A DNA stretch of 64,000 nucleotides from a virus. Below the pieces are notes generated by a model, which was not told the DNA's origin, ran no database searches, and saw nothing but the letters and a program-made list of their open reading frames with translations. The position numbers and the translations under genes were made by a program. The DNA is taken from the IMG/VR virus record IMGVR_UViG_3300027792_000011. One strand, 5' to 3'. Within the stretch, counting starts at the first letter, position 1. Each line of letters begins with the position of its first letter. Below are positions 10,479 to 21,600 of this stretch, in pieces.

Positions 10479-11372
10479 ATGAGCAGCAGGTCTTTTAGTT
10501 CAGAGAGGCCGGAGCATCCGCACCTTGTCCAGCCAGGAAAAGGTGGTGTGGGAGGAGAAGTTGGCGATCTTCGCAGGGATGTCGAGGACGCCTTCGTGGT
10601 GTTGGAAGCCGCAGTCGATGCCAAGGTGTCAGCGGCTCCAGTTCGCTTTGCGACCGCTGCCCCTCTTGGTGCCTGCACGGCAGCTGGAACTGGTGTTGGC
10701 AAGACGCTGACTCAGAATGCTGCGGCCATTGAGAACATCGATGGTACAGCTGTCCTGAAGGGCGATCGAATCCTGGTCAAGAATCAGGTGGTCGACAAGA
10801 ACAACGGTATCTACACCGTCACCACAGTCGGTACCGCTCTTGTGAAGCAGGTTCTGACACGAGCTGAAGACGCCGACAGCGATGCCGAAGTGAAATGCGG
10901 TCTCACCGTCAACGTCACCGCTGGATCAACAAATGCAGGAACCCGTTGGGTTCTCACGACTGCCAATCCGATCGTTCTCGACACCGATGCACTGACGTTC
11001 AGCGCAGAGGTTCCGAATATCCATCACACTCGACACGAGAATGGTGGAGCTGACGAGATCAGCGTGATTGGATTGTCCGGCCTGCTGGCAGACGGACAGA
11101 CGCCGCTTGCTCACGCCACTTCCCACTATCCAGGTGGAACGGATCCGGTGGCGAAGACTGGTAGAGCCACGGCCGTTGGTGCTGGTGATGTGGCTGTGGC
11201 GTTCGGTACGGCATTTGCGGATGCCAACTACACCGTGGCCATCACGTTCGAGGACACTGGTGGTGCCGCACTGGCTACCGGCTACATCAAAAACACCACG
11301 AAGCTGGCCGCTGGCTTCACCATCGTCGCTTCGGCTGCTGGAATCTTCCACTGGATCGCTATCCACGACTAG
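10479..11372 (+). CDS. fiber/decoration-like structural protein
   Basis: GDRILVKNQ....NGIY...LTRA.DAD fiber motif; two H..xH..GG.D repeats; C-terminal lectin-like beta domain (FGTAF...YTV...GFTI...HWIAI). Confidence 0.65.
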   Translation: MSSRSFSSERPEHPHLVQPGKGGVGGEVGDLRRDVEDAFVVLEAAVDAKVSAAPVRFATAAPLGACTAAGTGVGKTLTQNAAAIENIDGTAVLKGDRILVKNQVVDKNNGIYTVTTVGTALVKQVLTRAEDADSDAEVKCGLTVNVTAGSTNAGTRWVLTTANPIVLDTDALTFSAEVPNIHHTRHENGGADEISVIGLSGLLADGQTPLAHATSHYPGGTDPVAKTGRATAVGAGDVAVAFGTAFADANYTVAITFEDTGGAALATGYIKNTTKLAAGFTIVASAAGIFHWIAIHD

Positions 11373-11380
11373 GAGGTCCG

Positions 11381-12307
11381 GTGAGCGGTCATGAAGACAG
11401 GTTCATCGAGAGACTACAGAAGGTAGCAGGTTCTCCGGAGCTCCTGCCGCCACAAGAGGAAGAGGAGCAAGCTCCAGCCTCTGTGGAAACAGTTGCTCCG
11501 GAGGAACCTATTCCTCCTGTTGAAAAGCAGAGCTTCGTCCCGATCAGCACCAAGAACGTGTTCGGACACCACGATACTCACCCGCTCATACTCGATGCCA
11601 TCCTGCTAGACAAGTACGGCCCTATATGGCTCGATTGGGAGCCTGAAACGATCTGGTCAGAGATCAATGACGACTTCAAGCAAGTTGTCAGCGTTCACAA
11701 TAGGAACAAGATCCAAGCTGTAAGACTGTGCCATCTAGTAGATAGCCCATGGACGAACTGGGAAGTCTTTGTTCTAGTCGCGCAGGCATTCAACAATAAC
11801 GTTCCCAACTTCAGAACGCTTCAGCGTCCTACCATCGCTCAGATCACTAACGCAGCAACAATCATGAACAAGATCAAGAGCGAGAAAGAGGTCAAGTTCT
11901 CTGAAGAGGTATTCAAATTCATAGCTGCTTGCTTCCTGGATGAAGGCGTAGTGTACCTCCCGCACCCATTCCAGGATGGTCAGCGATGGTCCTCAGTTCC
12001 AAAGTACCGATGCTCGAAGTGCGGCAAGATCGACATTGATGACGGCAATGGGATGTGTGATAGCTGTGGTGCTCCTGATCAGTATCTTGCTAAAGAGTTG
12101 GAGCGGGACTATCGTACTGTAAAGGAAAGATACCAGATCATAGTAGTGGATCGTGAAAATAAGCCATCCGATCCGATCGAGCTGAATGAAACTCCAGAAG
12201 ATGTTCAGACTGCTAGGCTCCTAGTTGCTGATGAGTATACGAGAGATAGACAGCGGCAGCTCGAGGAGCAGATGAGGATACTGAGAGATGTCCGATCATA
12301 CGTATGA
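11381..12307 (+). CDS. hypothetical virion-region protein with Zn ribbon
   Basis: SD GGAGG; CSKC...CDSC; N-terminal LQKVAG. Confidence 0.7.
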   Translation: MSGHEDRFIERLQKVAGSPELLPPQEEEEQAPASVETVAPEEPIPPVEKQSFVPISTKNVFGHHDTHPLILDAILLDKYGPIWLDWEPETIWSEINDDFKQVVSVHNRNKIQAVRLCHLVDSPWTNWEVFVLVAQAFNNNVPNFRTLQRPTIAQITNAATIMNKIKSEKEVKFSEEVFKFIAACFLDEGVVYLPHPFQDGQRWSSVPKYRCSKCGKIDIDDGNGMCDSCGAPDQYLAKELERDYRTVKERYQIIVVDRENKPSDPIELNETPEDVQTARLLVADEYTRDRQRQLEEQMRILRDVRSYV

Positions 12308-13205
12308 CATGATCATGTCTGAGTCTATGCTCCATGAGCTTTACATGCTCAAGAAGCAAGCAGGAGTTTCGGCACGATGGGGCAATGTCATCGGTGCTGG
12401 ATTGGGGGCTATCGGTGGCGGGCTGCATGGAAGTAGAACGGCAGCACCAGGAGAAGAGACTGGTGGAGCGGTTCGAGGAGCTTTGCTTGGTGCCGGTGCT
12501 GGGGCTCTTGGTGGGCAATTCGCTACCAAAGCCGGACGCGGAGAAGCTCTCAGATTCGGACAGAGACAGCTTCATGGTATGACTGGCTACCTCCCCGGAA
12601 GGGGAATCCTTGGCGCTAAAGGTCCAGCACTGTCGCCAAAGGATAGGCTCAAAGCACTAGAGGGCATGGGATTTGAATTCCAGCATGGTACCAAGAAACA
12701 GTTACAGAAGCATATGACACAGGAAGTTGCTAAGGGTAAGATCACTAAGTATCTGCCACAAAACATTCAAAATTTCATGGCTTCTAGAAGTGCATCATCT
12801 GCTTTGGCTACTCGACAGGCCGCAGAAGAGGGTATGACTTCGATACCTGGCCTAGCTAGAGGTTATATGAGGGGTGGAGTCTCTGGAAAAGTAACACCAT
12901 GGCAGGCAACCAAGATGAACCTAAAAGCACCAGGACTAGCTATGGGTGTTGGGATACCTGCTGCAATGTCAGCACAGTCGATCAAAGAGTACAGAGAGAC
13001 AGGAGATAGACGGCAGCTTGCCTCAAATCTAGCTGGAAATGCCGGCTTTGCGCTAGGTGGAGCTCTTCCTATTACTGCTATGATGGGTCTTGGCGCAGCA
13101 GGTGGGGCAGCTGGGAGGCTGATAGGTCGTGGAGCTGAAGCGATAAGTCCATCACACGTTCCAGTACCTCCTGGTGGATATGCTGGCCAGGTAGCTCCTC
13201 GTTGA
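12288..13205 (+). CDS. Gly-zipper/membrane-active candidate cargo protein
   Basis: leader MLHELYMLKKQAG followed by GxxxG-rich hydrophobic segments. Confidence 0.65.
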   Translation: MSDHTYDMIMSESMLHELYMLKKQAGVSARWGNVIGAGLGAIGGGLHGSRTAAPGEETGGAVRGALLGAGAGALGGQFATKAGRGEALRFGQRQLHGMTGYLPGRGILGAKGPALSPKDRLKALEGMGFEFQHGTKKQLQKHMTQEVAKGKITKYLPQNIQNFMASRSASSALATRQAAEEGMTSIPGLARGYMRGGVSGKVTPWQATKMNLKAPGLAMGVGIPAAMSAQSIKEYRETGDRRQLASNLAGNAGFALGGALPITAMMGLGAAGGAAGRLIGRGAEAISPSHVPVPPGGYAGQVAPR

Positions 13206-13213
13206 GGTGATCA

Positions 13214-15124
13214 ATGTTTGATTTTGGCTATGGCGGTACCAGTCACTTTCAACCGGCGCATACCTACGGTCGTGTTAGAGGATCGTCAGTAACACAGGGT
13301 GTAGCCTACCCATCTCCGTTTTTTGATCTTGCACATACCTATCTCCCACCAACAGTCAAGCAGATGTTCAAATGGTGCAGGTACTATTACCTCACCCAAC
13401 CGCTCATAGCTGCTGTTGTGAACAAGATGGCGGAGTACCCCATAACTGATCTCGTGATCGATACGGACAACAAGGGTCTCCGCAATATGTGGGAGAAGTT
13501 CTTTGAGTCTGACATACAACTTCGTGCGAGACTGATCGACATAGGTCTTTACTTCTTTTGTTACGGTAATGTGCTTGCATCACTGATGCACCCATTCGTG
13601 AAGTGGCTGAAGTGCAAGTACTGCGGCCACACATTGATGGCGAAGAAGGCGACGTACAGGTTCAGATCGTATGAGTTCCACATGACTTGTGACAAGTGTC
13701 AGCAGACAGGTCATGCCCTAGTAGAAGATCAATACCTCCAGACGTCAGGTGGGACTAGGATCATTCTCTGGAACCCAGAAGACATAGACATCGTATTCAA
13801 TCCGATCACTCAGGATACGGTTTACTTCTACAGTCTTCCAATACAGACACTCAATGACATGGCTGTCGGGCGCAGAGAGGTCATAGAGCAACTTCCTCAG
13901 GTATTCATAGACGCAGCCAAGAAACGAAAGTCGATCACACTGAATAAGGACAACCTCTTTCATCTGAAGAGGTCCTCTGTTCTATCAGGTCCTAGAGATA
14001 CGGGTTGGGGAACGCCTCTAGTGCTTCCAGTTCTGAAGGACGTGTTCTACCTTCAGATCATGAAGAAGGCACAAGAGGCTATTCTCCTCGAGCGTATAGT
14101 TCCTCTGACTGTCATCTTCCCCCAGCAAGCAAGTGGCACGGCTGATCCGTATACCACGATCAATCTTGTGGACTGGAAAGACCACATCGCACAAGAGATT
14201 CAAAGATGGCGGCTGGATCGTAACTACATTCCAATCCTCCCACTTCCAATCGGCAATCAAGTCATCGGTGGCGATGGACGAGCGTTGCTCATGTCTCAAG
14301 AGATCAAGATCTGGAGTGATCAGATCATTGCCGGGATGGGTGTTCCGAACGAATTCATCTACGGCGGTCTCCAGTGGTCGGGATCAAACGTGTCCCTTCG
14401 CATGTTGGAGAATCAGTTCATGCGGTACCTGTCCGGGCTGTTGCTCTTCGTCAAAGACTTTCTGGTGAGGGGTATGGCTGCTCATATGGGCTGGCCGACA
14501 GTGGGTATCAGGTTCAAGCCATTCAAGATGGCTGACGATCTACAACGTAAGGCGTTCCTCTTCCAGCTCAATCAGGCTGGTAAGGTGAGCGACACGACAC
14601 TGATCAATGATACAGATCTGAATCCTGAAGAGGAGAACGAGCTGCTCCGTAAGGAGACCAAGACTCGTCTCGAATCTGTGAAAACTCAGCAGATCGCGGA
14701 GGCAGAGATCTCCGGCGAAGCTGGGGTGATCAATGCGAAGTACCAGGCTAAAGCCCAAACGATCATGATGCAGGAACAGCAACAGGCTGCAGCAGGTGCA
14801 CAGGGTACAGCCCCCGGTGAGCCTGGTGAGGATGTAGGGTCAGCTCCAGTTGCGCCGCCACAGGGACAGCAACCTAGTGGTCAAGAAGGCGGACAAGCCA
14901 CGCTAAATCCTCTACAGCAAGTAGTACAGCGTCTTCGCTCGTTGAGCCCTGAAGCACAACGTACTGTGCTAACAAGGATTGAGCAGAGTAACCCACAGCT
15001 AGCACGTCAGCTTCAAGCTCAATTCAATCAAGGAGGGGGAGTTGACCCATCGCCTAATCCAGCAGGTCAGCCTCTTCCTACGCAGCTCCCTCCACGTAGA
15101 GGAACAGAGTCTGCGATGATCTAG
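13214..15124 (+). CDS. portal protein
   Basis: YYY...PLI..VVNKMAEYP, HLKR......GWG.P, IIAGMGVP.EFI.GG...S portal-like motifs; Zn-ribbon insertion (CKYC..CDKC); Q/P-rich tail. Confidence 0.75.
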   Translation: MFDFGYGGTSHFQPAHTYGRVRGSSVTQGVAYPSPFFDLAHTYLPPTVKQMFKWCRYYYLTQPLIAAVVNKMAEYPITDLVIDTDNKGLRNMWEKFFESDIQLRARLIDIGLYFFCYGNVLASLMHPFVKWLKCKYCGHTLMAKKATYRFRSYEFHMTCDKCQQTGHALVEDQYLQTSGGTRIILWNPEDIDIVFNPITQDTVYFYSLPIQTLNDMAVGRREVIEQLPQVFIDAAKKRKSITLNKDNLFHLKRSSVLSGPRDTGWGTPLVLPVLKDVFYLQIMKKAQEAILLERIVPLTVIFPQQASGTADPYTTINLVDWKDHIAQEIQRWRLDRNYIPILPLPIGNQVIGGDGRALLMSQEIKIWSDQIIAGMGVPNEFIYGGLQWSGSNVSLRMLENQFMRYLSGLLLFVKDFLVRGMAAHMGWPTVGIRFKPFKMADDLQRKAFLFQLNQAGKVSDTTLINDTDLNPEEENELLRKETKTRLESVKTQQIAEAEISGEAGVINAKYQAKAQTIMMQEQQQAAAGAQGTAPGEPGEDVGSAPVAPPQGQQPSGQEGGQATLNPLQQVVQRLRSLSPEAQRTVLTRIEQSNPQLARQLQAQFNQGGGVDPSPNPAGQPLPTQLPPRRGTESAMI

Positions 15125-15170
15125 TAAAAAAGAAAAGGGTGGTGCCTCTCCAAATTCTGAGGCACCACCC
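15125..15170 (-). terminator. intrinsic terminator
   Basis: GGGTGGTGCCTC/GAGGCACCACCC 12-bp stem followed by a T-rich tract on the minus strand. Confidence 0.8.
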
Positions 15171-15208
15171 GTTTACTTCAACCATTTACCTATCGGCTGA
15201 CTACTCGA

Positions 15209-15301
15209 TCATTCGTCTTCTTGATCGAATAGCCACTCTCCAGCGCTCCCGGCCACTGTACTCAGATACGAGGCCACGAACGCTAGAAAGAATAGGTACA
15301 C
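15209..15301 (-). CDS. 30-aa hydrophobic peptide MYLFFLAFVASYLSTVAGSAGEWLFDQEDE
   Basis: SD (GGAGG/GGGAG) before GTG 15301; lies between a promoter motif and a terminator. Confidence 0.5.
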   Translation of the reverse strand: MYLFFLAFVASYLSTVAGSAGEWLFDQEDE

Positions 15302-15335
15302 ACTTACTCCCTTCCTCCTGTTCCCGGAGAGTGAC

Positions 15336-15455
15336 TCAATACAGCTCCTCCTCCTCGTCAGCATAGTCGTCGAGGAGATCATCCTCGACGCTATCCTCGA
15401 AATCTCCCAGCTCGTCACTCTCCGGGCACCCATCCAAGACGTCGTCTTCCCACAT
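15336..15455 (-). CDS. 39-aa hyperacidic peptide (20 D/E, no K/R)
   Basis: SD GGAGAGG before ATG 15455: MWEDDVLDGCPESDELGDFEDSVEDDLLDDYADEEEELY; below ORF-track cutoff. Confidence 0.65.
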   Translation of the reverse strand: MWEDDVLDGCPESDELGDFEDSVEDDLLDDYADEEEELY

Positions 15456-15499
15456 ATGCACCTCTCCCTAAAGCGGTAAATGGTTTCCCGCTCAATGAT

Positions 15500-15526
15500 C
15501 TTATAACTTGAGTTCTTGTGGTACTT
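15500..15526 (-). promoter_or_regulatory. phage promoter motif (AAG-N18-TATAAG variant)
   Basis: TGCAAG-N18-TATAAGATC upstream of the two mini-ORFs. Confidence 0.6.
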
Positions 15527-15613
15527 GCAGGTGATTGATAGAGTGAAAGTCAACAAGAACAAGCACCTCTTAGAGGCTAAGATCCTTGATGACTAGAGGT
15601 GATGGAGGAGCAA

Positions 15614-18600
15614 GTGGCTAGACTGGATCCAGCTGAAGGCTTTGAAATACTGAAGAACCGGGTAAAAGAAGCTGTAGCAGAATCATTCCCCCACGAAGGT
15701 GCCAAGAACATACTCGAGCTCGAGAGTATCGACGTACCAGACAAGCTCAGTGTCAGTAACGTAACAGATCAGAAGTCGGCTAAGATGAATGGACGTACGT
15801 GGGGCGTTCCAGTTCATGCAACGCTAGTTCTGAAGGACAAAAAGACAGACAAGATTCTAGATCGAAGCAAAATCAAGGTAGCTACACTACCCAAGATCAC
15901 TAATCGATATTCTTACATCGTTGACGGCTCAGAGTATCAGATAGACAACCAATGGCGTCTCAAGCCAGGTGTCTACACAAAGATACAGCAGAATGGAGAG
16001 CTGGATTCGTTCTTCAACATCCAAGGTCAGCCCCTACACATAGGATTCGATCCCAAGGAGAGATCGTTTGTGTTCAAGCATGGAGGCGCCCAGCCCCCAC
16101 TTTATCCGATCATGAGAGCACTTGGGCATAGTGATGGTGATCTGGAGAAGGCTTGGGGTAAGGACATACTCAATGCCAACATGACCGACTCGCGTGGCAA
16201 GTTACTGAACGTAGAGAAGCACGCTATCAACTTTGCCAATAGACTTGATCCAGAATCCGAGGTTGATTCGCTCGACAAAGCGTCCGAGGTCATCAAGCAG
16301 AAGTTTGGGGAGTCCAAGTTGCACCCCGATGTGACGAGTAGGACACTTGGTAAAGCAATAGATCGTATTACTCCAGATGCGGTACTCAGATCATCCCAGC
16401 GTCTTCTTGGTGTTGCCCGTGGTACTGAGAAACCAGACGTTCGTGACTCACTCATGTACAAAGAATTCCTTAGCGCGGAAGACTTTGTTGGTGAGAGGAT
16501 CAGGCAGAGTGCTCCAGTAATACAAAGAAGGATCGGCAACAATATTGATAGGCGCGATAAGATTCGTGACATCGTAGGCATGGATGTATTCCAGCGTCCG
16601 ATCAAAGAGTTCTTTTCCAAGGTGTCTCTCGCCTCTACACCAGAACAAACCAATCCACTCAAGATGATCTCCGGGCAGTTGCGCACTACTATTGCCGGTG
16701 AGGGTGGGGTCAAGGATGCTAACAGGATCACAGAAGATGCAAAGCTCATAGATCCTAGTCATTTCGGGGTGTTAGATCCTCTACACACTCCGGAGTCGTC
16801 CAAGACCGGCGTAAATTTACAGCTCTCTCTTGGTGCACGAAAGGTTGGGACCAGGGTAGAGATACCACTCATCAGCGTGAAGACTGGAAAAGTAGCATAC
16901 CTAGATCCTGGAAAGATCAACGATTCGATAGTGGCACTACCAGACTCTGTGAAGAGAATTGGTGATCGATTCGTACCAAAAGAGGGAACAACAGTTCTAG
17001 TTAGCGCAGTTGGCAACGAGATCAAACATGTGCCAATGAAGGATGTGGAGTATGTGGTTCCAAGATCCAGTCAGATGTTTTCTATTGCGACCAACATGGT
17101 TCCATTCATTTCCAGCGACTCTCCCAACCGGGCGACAATGGCTGGTAGACACATGGAGCAGGCGATCCCACTCAAGGACCCTGAGCCGCCATTGGTCCAG
17201 TCCGTTCTTGGTAAGAAAAGCTTCGACGAGCTGGTAGGATCGTATGCTTCTCATTCTGCTCCAATCAACGGCAAGATCACGCAGGTTGGCAAGGATGTGA
17301 TCCACATTCTAGGAGAGGACAAGAAATCGTACGCCGTCAACGTATACAATCACTACCCTGCCAATGACAAGAAGGGCATGATCCATAGTACTCCGCTAGT
17401 AAAAGCTGGAGACCGAGTAACAAAAGGTCAAGTGATCGCAGATACCAACTTCACCAAGAATGGTATCTACGCACCAGGAAAGAATCTGGAAGTAGCTTAC
17501 ATGCCGTGGCGTGGCTACAACTTTGAAGATGGTGTGGTGATCAGCGAATCAGCATCTCAGAAGCTTACCAGTGAGCATCTTCTCAAACCCGGTCTGTCTA
17601 CCAAGGAAGCAAAGCTCGTAAGCCCAAAGAAGTATCAAGCGTACTACCAGGATCGACTCAACAAGGAGCAAGCAGCAAAGCTGGATGAAGAAGGTGTGGT
17701 CAAACCGGGCATGAAGGTGAAGCCTGGTGATACTTTGATCGCTGCACTACAGGAGCAACAGCTCACTACGGAAGAGCAGAAGCTAAAGCTACTGCATAAG
17801 AGTCTGGTGAGGCCGTACAAGGACAAGTCAGTGACATGGGACGAGGACGTAGAGGGGGAAGTGGTCGAGGTAAACAAGAGGGGGAGCAGAGTGGACGTCC
17901 ACGTCAAGACAGCGGAACCGATGGACGTAGGAGACAAGATCGTAGGACGCCACGGCAACAAGGGGATCGTGACCCTGATCCTACCAGACCACGAGATGCC
18001 GAAGACGAAGGACGGGAGACCGATAGAGGTGATAATGAATCCGATCGGGACTCCGGGACGTATGAACATTGGACAAGTTCTCGAGACCGCAGCAGCTAAG
18101 ATCGCTAGGAAGACGGGACAGACATTCAAAGTCACCAACTTTGAGATCGAAAACAATCTCGAGCATGTAGAGAACGAGCTGAAGAAGCACGGACTCACGG
18201 ACAAAGAGACCATTATCGATCCGAAGACCGGAGTTGAGATACCAGGTATTCAAGTTGGTCCGCAGTACATCCTCAAGATGGAACACCAGGTTGGGAAGAA
18301 GATGGCTGCTCGATCGAGAGACGCCTACGATCGTAATCTCGTACCAAAGGGTGGCGGTCCTCACGGTGCGCAAGCACTTGGATCGCTAGGTAACTACTCC
18401 ATGTTGGCGCATGGATCGAAGGCGAATTTGCGTGAGATGATCACGTACAAAAGCGACAAATCCCAGGGCGGAGACAATGACGAGTTGTGGACTGCACTCC
18501 AGGCTGGAGAGATGCTGCCGCCTCCAAGAACGACATTTGCCTATGAGAAGTTCAACTCCTATCTGAAAGCGATGGGAGTGAACACAGAGAAAGACGGCAA

Positions 18601-21600
18601 TAGCCTCAATCTCGTTCCTTTGACCGACAAGCACGTGCTCGAGATGTCCAACGGAGAGCTCAAGGACGCTGGCCGCGTTGTGAAGATGCGGACGCTCCAA
18701 CCCGAAAAGGGCGGACTCTTCGATCAAAAGATCACAGGCGGTAGTGATGGTACCAACTGGTCCCACATTACTCTGTCGGCACCAATGCCCAATCCTCTTT
18801 TTGAAAAAGCGGTCATGAGCGTGGCGAATATCCGTGGCCCTCAGTTCGACAAGATCATAAACGGGGCAGCTGGTGTGACCAAGGACGGGATCATAATAGA
18901 AGGTACTGGAGCAAAGGGTGCTACGTACGGTCCAACAGCTATTGGCCACTTGTTGGCCAAAGTAGACGTGAAGAAAGATCTAGCTACCGAAGAAGCAAGG
19001 ATACAAGGATTGAAAGGTCAGCTGCAGAGCGAATCGAGACGAAAGGTCAAATACCTCAGAGCGCTGGACAAGCTCGGTATGAAGCCGACCGAAGCGTACA
19101 TGATGAACCATGTACCAGTGCTACCCCCCAACATGCGACCAATAGCACTCTTGGACGATGGAAGCTTGCAAACAGATGATCTCAACGAGATCTACAAGCA
19201 GCTTGCGATCGTCAACAACAAGCATGCCGAGTTTCCAGTAGGTACACCTCAATCCCTCAAGGCCCCTCTACAGGCTGACATCTACGATCACTTGAAAGCG
19301 CTCACTGGTCTAGGTGGCACACTGAATAGGAAGCATCCTGGCATACTAGATGTTCTGGCCGGAAGAGAAGGACCCAAGACCAGCTTCGTGCAGGACGTAC
19401 TTATCAAGCGCAAGCAGGATCTCACTATGAGGTCGACGATTGTCCCAGAACCTTCGCTCTCCTTGGACGAAGCAGAGATACCAAGGAAGGCAGCGAAGGA
19501 AATGTACAAGCCATTCATTGTTCGCGAGCTGAAACGTACTGCCGGAGCTACACCCCTAGCAGCTAAGAAGATGATCGATGAAGATGATCCTCTTGCTCGT
19601 AAAGCGCTAGATCGAGTAGTCGCAGAGAGACCAATCCTCTTGAAAAGGGACCCAGTTCTACATAAGTATGGCATTCAGGCTTTCAAGCCAAAATTGGTGG
19701 ATGGCAAGGCGATCAAGATCCATCCTTTGGTTTGTTCTGGTTTCAATGCGGATTTTGATGGTGATGCAATGTCTGCCTACGTCCCGATCACAGCTGAGGC
19801 AGTGAAGGAAGCTGAGCAGATGTTTCCATCTAGGAATCTATTCTCACCTGCAACTGGATCGGTTATGTACACTCCCGGTCATGAAGCACAGGTTGGTCTG
19901 TTCATGATGGCTGATGTTGGCAAGCATACGAATCTGCATTTCAAAGATCATGCTGAAGCTGAACAGGCAGTGAAAGCCAGAAAGATAAGTCCCAATGATC
20001 TGATCTTTATCGGCAGTGTGAAAACTACTTACGGTAGATCACAACTCAACAATCTACTTCCTCCAGAGCTGCAGGGAGGTAAGCTGCTGACTGATCTCAA
20101 CTTCAGGCTCACCAAGAGTGAACAAGAGAAGCTATTCAATGCTATGGCCAATATAGATCGTGCTTCGTATCCAGCCGCGATCAACAAGATGAAAGACTTT
20201 GGTAACGAAGCAGCAACGATGGGTGGCTTCAGCTTTGGTCTTAGCGATTTCAAAGTGCACAAAGACATTCGCGATCCAGCACTGAAGCTGGCAGAAACTA
20301 AGGCAGCTAAGCTCGATCTATCCAAGAAGGACCAGCTCAACAAGTACATCGACATCTACGAAGGTGCTATGAAAGAGATCGATGCAAAGCTCAAGCAGCG
20401 TATGGAAGATCCCAAGTACCAGACCAATCTTGTAAAGCTGGAGATCGCAGCTGGTATCAAAGGTAAAGGTCTTCGACAGCTAACTGCAGCTCCAGTGCTT
20501 TTCGTGGACGGTAAGAGTGAAGTGGTAACAAGCCCTGTGAAGAAGTCCTATTCAGAGGGTCTGTCCTCTGGTGACTATTGGACTGCTACCAGTGGTGGCA
20601 GGAAGGGTGCGATCCAGAGAGTTCAATCTGTCAGTGAGCCGGGATACCTTACTAAGCAAATGGCCAATAGCACTATGGACATGTTGGTTGCGGCTCACGA
20701 TTGTGGAACATCTAGAGGGATCAGTCTCTCAGTGGATGAGCCGGATGTCATAGGCAGGTACACAGTTGCTGATCTAAAATTGCATAGAGATCTTGTTCCT
20801 GCTGGTACTCTGATCACTCCTGAGATCATGACCAGAATCAAGAATGCTAAGATCGATAAGGTGGTTGTTAGATCACCTATGCGCTGTGTACACGGTAAAG
20901 GTGTGTGCGCAATGTGCATGGGTCTCAGTGAGAATGGTCGGCTAAATGATCTGGGTACAAACGTCGGTATCCTAGCTACCCAGTCGATTGGTGAACGTGG
21001 AACACAGCTTGCCATGAAAGCATTCCATAGTGGCGGTGTCTACGAAGGAAGAGAGGCTGCTTCTAAATCAATCGCAGCTAGTGGTCTTGATCGAGCTGTC
21101 AACATTCTGAATCTACCACAGAAGATCAAGGGCTCTGCGGTTCTCTCTACCGCCATGGGTAGAGTGAACAAGATCGATAAGGATCCAGCTGGTGGTGTGC
21201 GGATCAATATCAACGACAAGCAACACTACGTTCCAGCAGATCGTTCGTTGCTGGACAAGATTCGTGTTGGATCGCAGATCAAGAAAGGCGATCCTATTAC
21301 GGATGGTCCAGTCAATCCACACGAGCTGCTACCGCTGACCAACATGAGCAAGGTGCAAGGTCACCTAGCTGGAGAGCTGCACTCGATCTACGGTCAGTAT
21401 GGTATCAAGAGGCGACACTCTGAGCTTTTGGTGAAGGCACTGTCCAATGTGACCAAGGTAGAGAATCCTGGAGACCATCCTGATCTACTACCAGGAGACT
21501 TCACGAGCACCACTCAGGTCTACGAGTGGAACAAACAGAACTCGCAATCCAAACCTGTGCTACATACTCCAGTGCTACGCGGTGTGAAAACGATACCGCT

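Noticed and set aside
15209-15562. 117-aa ORF as listed in the track
   Set aside because: Spans the promoter motif and overlaps the acidic mini-ORF; only the last 30 codons have an SD.
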